Positions 19,506 to 27,681 of a DNA stretch of 64,000 nucleotides are shown here, piece by piece (within the stretch, counting starts at the first letter, position 1; each line of letters opens with the position of its first letter). This DNA comes from an uncultured Gammaproteobacteria bacterium (lineage in GTDB: Bacteria > Patescibacteriota > Microgenomatia > UBA8517): assembly GCA_964627195.1 (NCBI GenBank), contig CAZVJU010000003.1, positions 14,854 through 78,853 of the forward strand, in the 5' to 3' direction. The notes under the pieces are model-generated. The model searched no databases. It was not told the origin of the DNA and was given only the letters and a program-made list of their open reading frames with translations. The translations under genes were made by a program, and so were the position numbers.

Positions 19506-20134
19506 TTAAAGCAATTATTTTTGATTACGATGAAACGCTGGTGCAAACTCTTGATGCCCGGATCCAGGCTTATATCCAGTTGGCTAAACAGGAATATCAC
19601 TTTGATTTAAAAGAGGAGGCGATTAGAAAGGCTTTTGGATTACCATACGAGGTGTTTATTAAAACCCTTTTTAGCGAGGTTGATAGCGTCGAGAATATTA
19701 TTGGCAACTATCAAAAAATCACTCCCAATTTTCCCAATAAAGCCTACCCCCAAGCAGTGGAGACCGTCAATAAATTATTGACCAAATATTTGGTGGGCAT
19801 TATAAGCGGCTCAAGGCGAAAAATGATGATAGAGGATTTACATAAGCTCCAATTCCTGGTGGATAAATTCTTTTATATTCAGTCTGGGGAAGACACTGCT
19901 GTTCATAAACCAGATCCAAAAGTGTTTGACCCTTTAATTCAAAAGCTAAAGACTTTGGCTATTAAACCGAAAGAAGCTTTATATGTCGGCGACGACTTGC
20001 GGGACCGTGAAGCCAGCACCAAAGCGGGGATGCAATATATCGCAATTGCCAATCACACCACAGAGGCTAAGGTGTTTGAAAGTCAGAAGATTCCTTATGT
20101 CTTGAGTTTCGATGAACTTAACCGTAAATACTGA
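19502..20134 (+). CDS. HAD-superfamily hydrolase
   Basis: IIFDYDETL, KPDP, YVGDD..D. Confidence 0.88.
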   Translation: MIKAIIFDYDETLVQTLDARIQAYIQLAKQEYHFDLKEEAIRKAFGLPYEVFIKTLFSEVDSVENIIGNYQKITPNFPNKAYPQAVETVNKLLTKYLVGIISGSRRKMMIEDLHKLQFLVDKFFYIQSGEDTAVHKPDPKVFDPLIQKLKTLAIKPKEALYVGDDLRDREASTKAGMQYIAIANHTTEAKVFESQKIPYVLSFDELNRKY

Positions 20135-20163
20135 AAGCAGGGTATGTCCGGTTACCCATGTAG

Positions 20164-20195
20164 TAGGTTCGAATAGAGTCCACGCAGGCCAGCAA
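20164..20195 (+). repeat. tRNA-Gln-type junction site 2
   Basis: TA-GGTTCGAA-N16-CAGCAA. Confidence 0.75.
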
Positions 20196-20371
20196 ATTCA
20201 AATTTCCAGAAAAGAAAATTTGCTACCGATATTGTATCCTTATGTTTCCATATTAAACTGGTTCGGCCCCCCAATTGACCTTTTCTTTTGAGCTACCATA
20301 ACTTTAAATGAATATTACTTGCAACAAGGATATTTGTTTGATTACGTTACCTATATAAGAATGATGTAATG

Positions 20372-21274
20372 TTAACGTTCCTTACTCAATCCAATGCGAA
20401 TTGAGGCTTGACCTTCTTTCACTACCTTATCAATAACAATAACTCGTTCCATAGGCTCCATTTCTCTTACACTTCTAGCCTCATTTATCTGAAAAACACC
20501 ATTTTCAATCTCTCTTAATGCGGCAATTGTATTTGCAATCATGATGCCATTGTCGCCATCTTCTGCATAATATAAATACGGCCGATGATAGACGAGACCA
20601 TCTTCTCTGCTTCCTCTTCGTAATCCATATAATTTCAAGTTATTACCTTCTTTTCTTAACAACAAAGAATGAATTAGAGTCGGAATTTCATGCAATATCA
20701 TAGTCGCATTTACGTCTGATTCTGCTAGGATATTTTCAATCCAGTTAATTGTAAAAAGCACTCGATCATCTCTATTGAAATCTTGCGTACATTTTTTAAT
20801 ACCTAACCTTTCCGCAATTTCTGGAATTCGTTTACTCGTTTTTGGACTTTCCTCCAGGACCCACGATAAATTAGCGCAAACCGCTAACCCAGTAGTATCA
20901 GTAAAGCCAATGGCTGGGCTTTCTGTTTTATCCCAAGCCTGTGTTTGTTCAGCAAAAACGAATTGAAACTTAGTTTCACTTAATCCGCACGCATCAAATA
21001 CCTCAAACAAACTGATATTTGAAGAGTAAGTTGCTGTTAGTAACTGGCTATTTGTTAGAAATGTATGTTTAGTTAGAGATAATGAATACCTTTCGTCCAT
21101 TATCTTCATTTCTTCGAAATAACAGTCGTCAAAATTTGCGATTAACATCCCCATCGTTGTTCCAAAATCAGCGTAGTGTCCGGGTTTATGATAATTTCTC
21201 ATTTGCTCAAGTGCAGATGAGACATTACCTAATGCTATAGGTTTATTGTGAATATATGATAAGACAGTAGACAT
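20372..21274 (-). CDS. Hypothetical protein
   Basis: 300 aa ORF with TATAAT just upstream of ATG; no recognised motif. Confidence 0.65.
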   Translation of the reverse strand: MSTVLSYIHNKPIALGNVSSALEQMRNYHKPGHYADFGTTMGMLIANFDDCYFEEMKIMDERYSLSLTKHTFLTNSQLLTATYSSNISLFEVFDACGLSETKFQFVFAEQTQAWDKTESPAIGFTDTTGLAVCANLSWVLEESPKTSKRIPEIAERLGIKKCTQDFNRDDRVLFTINWIENILAESDVNATMILHEIPTLIHSLLLRKEGNNLKLYGLRRGSREDGLVYHRPYLYYAEDGDNGIMIANTIAALREIENGVFQINEARSVREMEPMERVIVIDKVVKEGQASIRIGLSKER

Positions 21275-21411
21275 GATGAAGAATTATAAACAAAACAGAC
21301 TAAGTCTGCAAACTGTTTAAATTGAGGAAGAGTTTGATAATTAATTGTCGCCAATAATTCGTTTCAAGGTATGAAGTATTTCAAAAATAGATTTAATATT
21401 CTTCCAGATGT

Positions 21412-21441
21412 GGTTCCACCTACGGACAAGCTCGCCAGCCA
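21412..21441 (+). repeat. tRNA-Gln-type junction site 3
   Basis: GGTTCCAC-N16-CAGCCA. Confidence 0.6.
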
Positions 21442-21459
21442 AGATGTATAATTGAATAA

Positions 21460-21780
21460 ATGAAAAAGTCTTTGTTAACTTCACTATTGTTTGCATTTAT
21501 ACTTCTCAATCTCAGTTGGTTTTATGCAAAAAGTGTTACTTGCAGTGGTGGTTCACTTTCAGTAATCAGTTTTGCTAATGGTTGCCAGCCAGGACAAATA
21601 GTATATTATGTCCGCGGTTTTCCTATTGAATTCTTTTGGAGTAACAACACCGGCTTTGTACTTTTTTGGTATTTAATTGACTATTTAATATTTTTTATTT
21701 TTGTTCAATTGTTATTAACAATTATTAGGTTATTTAAATTAAAGCTATCAGATAGTTCTAATGATAAGTTAAGAAAATAA
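21460..21780 (+). CDS. Small membrane protein (Cys pair, RGFP motif)
   Basis: Two TM segments; TATAAT at 21447-21452; TAA stop overlaps next junction. Confidence 0.65.
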   Translation: MKKSLLTSLLFAFILLNLSWFYAKSVTCSGGSLSVISFANGCQPGQIVYYVRGFPIEFFWSNNTGFVLFWYLIDYLIFFIFVQLLLTIIRLFKLKLSDSSNDKLRK

Positions 21781-21809
21781 GTTCGAACAGCGTCCACAGT
21801 TCGCAGCCA
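21778..21809 (+). repeat. tRNA-Gln-type junction site 4
   Basis: TA-AGTTCGAA-N16-CAGCCA. Confidence 0.8.
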
Positions 21810-21898
21810 GCAATGAACAAATTATCTCGGTTTGCCAAGCTAATACAAACCCGGAATGGTAAATTTAACACGCTAAAATTACGAAGTATAATTTAATT

Positions 21899-22690
21899 GT
21901 GAGACGTTTTTTACTGATAGTTACATTTCTGATTTTTTACGTCTTGTTTCTGAGATTACCTGTCTTAAAAACAAAGGTGCAAGGAAACAATTTCTACTAT
22001 AGGGATTTATTGGGATTTATTTATACACGACATTCTAGTTGTGGATGGATAGGGCCATGTTCTCATTGGGATGTGCCATTATTAGGTATACACAGTTTCA
22101 CATTTAAAACTTTAAAGTATAGTGGGTTGGATTGTTTAGATGCTTACGCAAAGTCAAACACTGCCCTTTACTATTTAGGCGAAAAACAACATCAGGTCAA
22201 AAGCCCCGCAACTTTTGAGTTAATGAATAATATGTATGCTAAAGATTCAGCAAACGTTTATAAACTTTGCGAACTAGAAGTTTTAAACATCGCCGAGCCG
22301 GATCGGTTTATAACAGTAGGGCCTGTTTGCTCAAAAAGCACCACCAGTGTTTACTGCTTTCAAAAAGAAGTAGAAAATGCAGATATAAATTCTTTCGAAC
22401 ATGTGTGGAGAGGATATTACAAAGATAAAAACAAGATTTATTTTTTAGGTAAACCATTAGGTGAGATCGATCCTGATACTTTCGAGTTATTGTCATGGGG
22501 ATACCTTAAAGATAAAAATGCCATTTTCTTTTTCGACGAGAATGCAAAGGAGTTAACCGAATTAAAGAGCGCGGATAAAACCACTTTTAAAGTATTAACT
22601 GAAATGTATGCAGTTGATGCTTCACACGTTTTCAAAAGCGGGATTGTGTTATCACATACAAATCCTAAAATCTTTAAAGTACCTCAATGA
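21899..22690 (+). CDS. DKNYY-repeat family exported protein
   Basis: Repeats YAKDSANVY, YYKDKNKIYF, YLKDKNAIF, D..TF..L; N-terminal TM. Confidence 0.85.
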   Translation: MRRFLLIVTFLIFYVLFLRLPVLKTKVQGNNFYYRDLLGFIYTRHSSCGWIGPCSHWDVPLLGIHSFTFKTLKYSGLDCLDAYAKSNTALYYLGEKQHQVKSPATFELMNNMYAKDSANVYKLCELEVLNIAEPDRFITVGPVCSKSTTSVYCFQKEVENADINSFEHVWRGYYKDKNKIYFLGKPLGEIDPDTFELLSWGYLKDKNAIFFFDENAKELTELKSADKTTFKVLTEMYAVDASHVFKSGIVLSHTNPKIFKVPQ

Positions 22691-22698
22691 CACTAAAC

Positions 22699-22723
22699 GG
22701 TTCCAGACCGGCCTGCTCAGCAA
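22699..22723 (+). repeat. tRNA-Gln-type junction site 5
   Basis: GGTTCCAG-N11-CAGCAA (tRNA-length spacer), 8 nt after the stop codon. Confidence 0.55.
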
Positions 22724-22770
22724 ATAATATTAAGACAAAAACATCCGTACGAATTTGCTATCATTTGCTT

Positions 22771-23019
22771 ATGGGTAGAGTACAGAATTTTTTGAGGCCA
22801 AGTATTAGAAGAATAATATTTGCGTTAATAATATGGCTTGTATTGTGGCTTGTGTCCTATTTTTTTACCGCCAAATGTTTCTTAGCTGACTGTATAAGCG
22901 ATGGTCAAATGACTTCCTGCTGTAGTTCTCTTGAAAATAAAATCGCTGAACTTTTCTACACTATCAAGTTATCTTTTCCAGTAATCGCATACTTATTGTC
23001 TTGTAAATTAACAAAATAG
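22771..23019 (+). CDS. Small Cys-rich membrane protein
   Basis: MGRVQNFLRPS start; two TM segments with C...C...CC loop; TAG overlaps junction. Confidence 0.6.
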   Translation: MGRVQNFLRPSIRRIIFALIIWLVLWLVSYFFTAKCFLADCISDGQMTSCCSSLENKIAELFYTIKLSFPVIAYLLSCKLTK

Positions 23020-23048
23020 GTTCGAACTCTGTCCACAGTTCGCAGCTC
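23017..23048 (+). repeat. tRNA-Gln-type junction site 6
   Basis: TA-GGTTCGAA-N16-CAGCTC; shares GTCCACAGTTCGCAGC with site 4. Confidence 0.8.
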
Positions 23049-23341
23049 AGATTCCAGCGAGGTGACCGTGGTCTCTTAAAAAGCCCATGTTCTCGCCACA
23101 AGTCGGAAATATTTAAGTCGACATTCGTACTACACCCTCGTTGTCCAGTAAAATGCCATGAAATAGGCATATTTTGATAAGTTATAAGGATAGATCGGTG
23201 ATATTTTAAGCAGAAATTCTCTCTGGAAGCCAAGTATGGCGTTCATGACTTAATTCACCCATAAAATAGGATTCGAACCAAACTATCCTATATTTTATAG
23301 AAAATGACCTGAATTTTTATATTTTTTGCTATAATCCGTCT

Positions 23342-24046
23342 ATGGCTCAGGAAAAAGAAATAAAAATACTTTTAAACATCGATCTTGACGAATTTGTAAA
23401 AAGAATTCAGAAAAAAGGTTATAAATTACAACACATATTAAAACAAACTGATATCTATTTTGATACCAAAAACTGGTTTCTTTATAAAAACATTGCTGCC
23501 CTCAGGTTAAGGCAAATAGACAATAAAGACAGCTCGTTCTCTTTTAAGAAAGTTTTTTATTTACCCAAGAAAAAGGACTATTACATTGAAGAAATTGAAG
23601 TTAAGTTTCCATTTAAGGACTATGCCAAGCTGAAAGAAATTTTCGAAAGAGTAAATATACCATTTAAGGAAAGTGTTTTTAAAAGTGGATCTGAACTCAC
23701 AAAGTACTTATCTGGCTACAAATATTTTGACAAGCAAAAGATGCCAAAAATAAGAAGCGTATATTCCGATGGAGAAGATGAAATAACAATTGATAATGTC
23801 GAAAACGTAGGAATAATAGTTGAGTTGGAATGTCTGGAAAACGATCCTTTCCATATAATTAAAACTATTTTGAAAAACAAAGAATGGAACAGAAGTTTAG
23901 AAGGGACAAGCTATATTTGGTTAAGAAAGGTGAAAGGCTTAACTTCGCATTTGTCGAACTTGGAGAGATTCAAAACCGAACCTGATTGGAATGTTTGGGA
24001 AAACGAAAGAGCTATGTATACCAAAATGCTGAATGGTAAAATGTAA
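23342..24046 (+). CDS. CYTH domain (class IV adenylate cyclase/triphosphatase-like) protein
   Basis: EKEIK, QTDIYFD, LRLR, ITID.VE..G..VELE. Confidence 0.85.
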   Translation: MAQEKEIKILLNIDLDEFVKRIQKKGYKLQHILKQTDIYFDTKNWFLYKNIAALRLRQIDNKDSSFSFKKVFYLPKKKDYYIEEIEVKFPFKDYAKLKEIFERVNIPFKESVFKSGSELTKYLSGYKYFDKQKMPKIRSVYSDGEDEITIDNVENVGIIVELECLENDPFHIIKTILKNKEWNRSLEGTSYIWLRKVKGLTSHLSNLERFKTEPDWNVWENERAMYTKMLNGKM

Positions 24047-24084
24047 AGATAAGATAATTTGAAACTGACTTATTAAATAAATTA

Positions 24085-24483
24085 ATGTCGCTTAATATTA
24101 AAGAGATCGGAAAACTTTTTAAAACAGAGATTGTTTACTTGGCAACTTCTGATTTACAAGGCAATCCGCACGTAAAACCGATTTGGTTTGTGTACTACAA
24201 AGGAAAAATCTGGTTTGAAACAGATATTATTACAAGAGCTTTCAAAAACATCAAGGAAAATAACAAAATTATGCTCTGCTTTGGAGGACGTGAGACTTAT
24301 CTAATCTGGGGAAGCGTTAAATGGTATAAAGAAAAAGATGCACAAGTTCCTTTCAGAAAAATGTTTTGGGAGAAGTATGGTAAAGATATGGACGATAGTT
24401 ATATCACCGAAAAAACCAGAATTTTTGAGGTGATAATTACCAAAGAAATGTCCTGGCACTACGCCGACCAAAACTGGGAATAA
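24085..24483 (+). CDS. Pyridoxamine 5'-phosphate oxidase-like FMN-binding protein
   Basis: YLATS...G.PHV.PIWF, NIKENN. Confidence 0.85.
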   Translation: MSLNIKEIGKLFKTEIVYLATSDLQGNPHVKPIWFVYYKGKIWFETDIITRAFKNIKENNKIMLCFGGRETYLIWGSVKWYKEKDAQVPFRKMFWEKYGKDMDDSYITEKTRIFEVIITKEMSWHYADQNWE

Positions 24484-24523
24484 TTCTCCACTTTTCCCTA
24501 ACCAATTGAAACTAAATAGTTTC

Positions 24524-24642
24524 ATAGAAGTCCACAGCTAAAGCCGTGGTCCTTCGAGCTTCATTCGCCTTAGGCGAATGAATTTTCAATGATTCAATTC
24601 ATCCACGTCCAAAGACGTGAACTTCTTGAATTAGCTTAAAAG
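24524..24642. mobile_element. Palindromic MITE-like element family A, copy 1
   Basis: AGAAGTCCAC...CGTGAACTTCT ends with internal hairpins; near-identical to 27473-27621 and 62194-62260. Confidence 0.75.
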
Positions 24643-24669
24643 TATTAACTTTTGAAGTAGGTTAATAAC

Positions 24670-25344
24670 TCAATCTAGAATATAATCTGATACAAATTCA
24701 TATTGTAAGTAATTGGCTCTATTATTTTGAACTAATAAGATATCTAACTCTGGCCATTTATTAGTTAGGTCTCTGATTTTCTCAAGGTTCATCCATTGAA
24801 TCTGTCTTCCCAGTTCCATTTTCGATCTATGGCTAGGATTTACGATTACTTGATAAATTGCAAAAGCGTCATCAAATAAAACTTCACCGGTTGATGTTTT
24901 TATAGTCTTTAAATGTAAGCTTAAATACTTGAAATTATTTGACTCAACTTCTAGACCAGTGTTTTCATAGAAAATACGAATTAAAGCTTTTTCAGTGTTT
25001 TCCCCAAAATGAGGCTTTCCACTCGGTAAGTTATAGAAATTTGTTTTTCCTCCCGGATGCTCCTTTACCAAAAAGTCATCTCCTGATTTACACACGAAGC
25101 CGATAAAAAATGTTTTGAAACCAGTGTCAGTTAATGAACTTAAATCGTATTTAGCAATTTCTTTAATTCCCACGGAACTAATCTTGTAAATATTGCTTGT
25201 CTTTTCTATAAATCCTTTTTTCAGGAGTTGTTTTAAGTGGAAGACAATATTATCTTCAAAGCTATAACCCCCTGTTAAAGAAGAATACTTTTGGTTGTTA
25301 TTTATTAACAGCCTCTTAAGAAATATCTTTTGGATTTCATGCAT
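24670..25344 (-). CDS. Winged-helix + degenerate NUDIX protein (putative regulator), copy 2
   Basis: 224 aa paralog of 18196..18870 (NNQKY..LT.GY.FE.NIVFHL.QLL; FYNLPSG). Confidence 0.75.
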   Translation of the reverse strand: MHEIQKIFLKRLLINNNQKYSSLTGGYSFEDNIVFHLKQLLKKGFIEKTSNIYKISSVGIKEIAKYDLSSLTDTGFKTFFIGFVCKSGDDFLVKEHPGGKTNFYNLPSGKPHFGENTEKALIRIFYENTGLEVESNNFKYLSLHLKTIKTSTGEVLFDDAFAIYQVIVNPSHRSKMELGRQIQWMNLEKIRDLTNKWPELDILLVQNNRANYLQYEFVSDYILD

Positions 25345-25374
25345 AAATAGTAAGCTTAATTATAAGGCAACTTG

Positions 25375-25396
25375 GTGTAGCCGACTACCCTAGATA
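25375..25396. promoter_or_regulatory. Candidate operator, copy 2
   Basis: GTGTAGCCGACTACCCTAGATA vs GTGTAGTTTACTACTCTAGATA. Confidence 0.5.
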
Positions 25397-25446
25397 AATT
25401 AGTGTCAAAACGGTATTCTAGCTATGTTTGGAAGGAGGTGAGACCC

Positions 25447-25824
25447 ATGTTTAATAAACTATTCGCTGTTTGCCTTTTGGTTAATGATTTTGAAAAATCT
25501 TTTAAGTTTTATAAGGAAACCTTAGGACTAAAAGTAAAATCTCAAGAGGGAAAATTTGCTAATTTTAAATTAGGGGAAACCGAACTTGCTGTTTTCCAGA
25601 AAGATGAAGCAATAGCGATGTTCCCCAAGGAACATATGGGGAGTGGAGGTGGTGTTTCAATTGGTTTTCAAGTAGATAATGTAGAAAGAACTTGTAAAGA
25701 GTTAAAATCAAAAGAGGTAGAAATTTTTGAAGGACCAAAAAAAACTCCCTGGGGTCAGGAAGTGGCATATTTCAAAGATCCTGATGCAAATATCTGGGAG
25801 ATTTCTGAGCCTTTTGAAGAGTAA
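25447..25824 (+). CDS. VOC/glyoxalase family protein, copy 2
   Basis: Paralog of 19137..19505; GGAGGTG RBS; PWGQEVAYFKDPD. Confidence 0.9.
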   Translation: MFNKLFAVCLLVNDFEKSFKFYKETLGLKVKSQEGKFANFKLGETELAVFQKDEAIAMFPKEHMGSGGGVSIGFQVDNVERTCKELKSKEVEIFEGPKKTPWGQEVAYFKDPDANIWEISEPFEE

Positions 25825-25832
25825 AGGCAACT

Positions 25833-26805
25833 ATGAAACTGGAGAAAAAAGAAACAATAGAGATAGCACCCATGTCTCCATTTCATTTTGACTCAACTTT
25901 TTTAAACCAGGTCACTTTCCGAGCAGTGATACCAAATGGGAATCAGGAAAAAGATGGCAAACCATGCTTTGGCGAAGAGAGAGGTTAGGATTGATTTATC
26001 AAAACGCTGGCAGCGACAAAAAAACCAAGATCAAGGTATCAGTTTACTCAAACAAAGTTTTCAATTCTGATTTCCTAGAAAGTTTAAAAAAGGAAATAAT
26101 CTGGAGGTTCAATCTCGACCTTAATTTAGCAGAATTCTACAAAGACGTTGGAAACGACCCACTTCTGTCTCCCATTATTAAAAAGTTCTACGGTCTTCGG
26201 CCAATGCATTACGGCTCATTATATGAGTATTTAATTATTGGCATTGTCCTTCAGAACGCGGTTGTCAGAAGAAGCGTTAGTATGCTTCAATCACTTTTTG
26301 AAAGATATGGTGAATTGTTTGAGTATGATAGCCAGAAACTTTGGTGCTACTGGGAACCAAAAGTTCTGGCTAAAGTAGATGATCAGGAATTAAGAGACTT
26401 GAAGGTGGGATACAGAGCAAAATCACTAATCAGAGTTTCTGAAATGTTTGCAGAGGGAGGAATTGATGAAGTGGGACTACGGAATAAAACCAAAGAGGAA
26501 CAAGAGAAGGTCCTAATTTCTCTTTATGGAGTCGGTCCCGCCACGCTCAGTTATATTATGTTTGATGCTTTTCACCATTGGGACTACTTAAGGACTATTT
26601 CTCCATGGGAGCAGAAGATTTATACACATATCTTTTTCAACAAAGACCATGAAAAAGAACTAGTACCAGTTACTAAAATGCTAAAACGCTTTGAAAGATG
26701 GGGGGGGGATGGAAAGCATTGGCTGTTCATTATGTGTGGGAAGATATTTGGTGGAAAAGAAGGAATCAACACATCGCTTGGTTAGAAAAGCTAATTAGGG
26801 TATAA
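25833..26805 (+). pseudogene. HhH-GPD DNA glycosylase (AlkA/Ogg-like) with two homopolymer frameshifts
   Basis: VGYRAK, LYGVGPAT HhH motif; N-terminus MKLEKK...FDSTF/KPGHFPS broken at T run near 25898-25903; C-terminus WKALAVHYVWED broken at G9 26700-26708. Confidence 0.75.
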
Positions 26806-26883
26806 AAATTGGTTCCTAGTGTATCTTAACTATCTTCTCCAAAGTAGTTATAATAGATTCAGAATCGACTAAATTACCTAATT

Positions 26884-27450
26884 ATGAAGAAAGTTGTAAT
26901 AATACATTGCTGGGAGGGATATCCAGATTACTGTTGGTATCCACAGACTAAAAAAGAATTGGAAGACAAGGGTTTTGAAGTGATTGTTCCTCAAATGCCG
27001 GAGACCGCCATGCCTAGGCTGTCACTCTGGCTTCCCAAACTTCAGGAACTGGCTCCCAATCCCAATGAAAATTTGTATCTTGTGGGCCATAGCGCTGGTG
27101 TAATCACTATTATGAGGTATTTAGAAAATCTTAAAGAAAATCAACAAATAGGCGGAGTAGTATTTGTTGCCGGTTTTACTGATGATTTGGGTTATAAAGA
27201 GTTGAGTAATTTTTACGAAAGTCAGCTGAATTTTGAAAAAATAAAATCCGGTGCAAAACACTTTGTTGCGATACATTCTGATGATGATCCTTACGTCTCT
27301 CTCAAATACGGAGATATTTTCAGGGAAAAATTAGGAGCAGAAGTAATTATCAAGCATAATATGAAACACTTTTCAGGAGCGGGAGATAATGAAGAAAGTT
27401 GTACTTCTTTACCCGAAGTAGCACAGGCCATTATCAAATTAAGCAGTTAG
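26884..27450 (+). CDS. RBBP9/YdeN family alpha/beta hydrolase
   Basis: IIHCWEG..WYP, VGHSAG, HSDDDPYV, HF. Confidence 0.9.
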   Translation: MKKVVIIHCWEGYPDYCWYPQTKKELEDKGFEVIVPQMPETAMPRLSLWLPKLQELAPNPNENLYLVGHSAGVITIMRYLENLKENQQIGGVVFVAGFTDDLGYKELSNFYESQLNFEKIKSGAKHFVAIHSDDDPYVSLKYGDIFREKLGAEVIIKHNMKHFSGAGDNEESCTSLPEVAQAIIKLSS

Positions 27451-27472
27451 TTATAAGCAGGTTTGAAACATA

Positions 27473-27621
27473 ATAGAAGTCCACGGCTTTAAGCCGTGGT
27501 CCTTCGAGCTACATTCGCCACAGGCGTTTGAATTTTCAATGATTCAATTCATCCACGTATAAGCAAAGCTTGGCACCGCTTCGCGTTGTAAAGACGTGGA
27601 CTTCTTGAATTAGCTTAAAAG
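27473..27621. mobile_element. Palindromic MITE-like element family A, copy 2 (with about 30-nt insertion)
   Basis: AGAAGTCCACG...CGTGGACTTCT terminal inverted repeat; CCACGGCTTTAAGCCGTGG hairpin. Confidence 0.75.
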
Positions 27622-27649
27622 GTTCTAGATTGGACTGACCAGTCAGTAA
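27621..27649 (+). repeat. Possible degenerate tRNA-Gln-type junction site 7
   Basis: GGTTCTAG-N15-CAGTAA. Confidence 0.35.
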
Positions 27650-27681
27650 GAAGTAAAAATATCCAGGTGTGTCTATCTGTA

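Noticed and set aside
17192-23050. Junctions as classical integron attC sites
   Set aside because: No RYYYAAC...GTTRRRY palindromic structure, too short, and no intI in the window; similarity is to the tRNA 3' end.
26811-26840. GGTTCC just after the glycosylase stop (similar GGTT at 20260, 27460, 32118)
   Set aside because: No CAGC-like acceptor end at 11 or 16 nt; at best half-sites.
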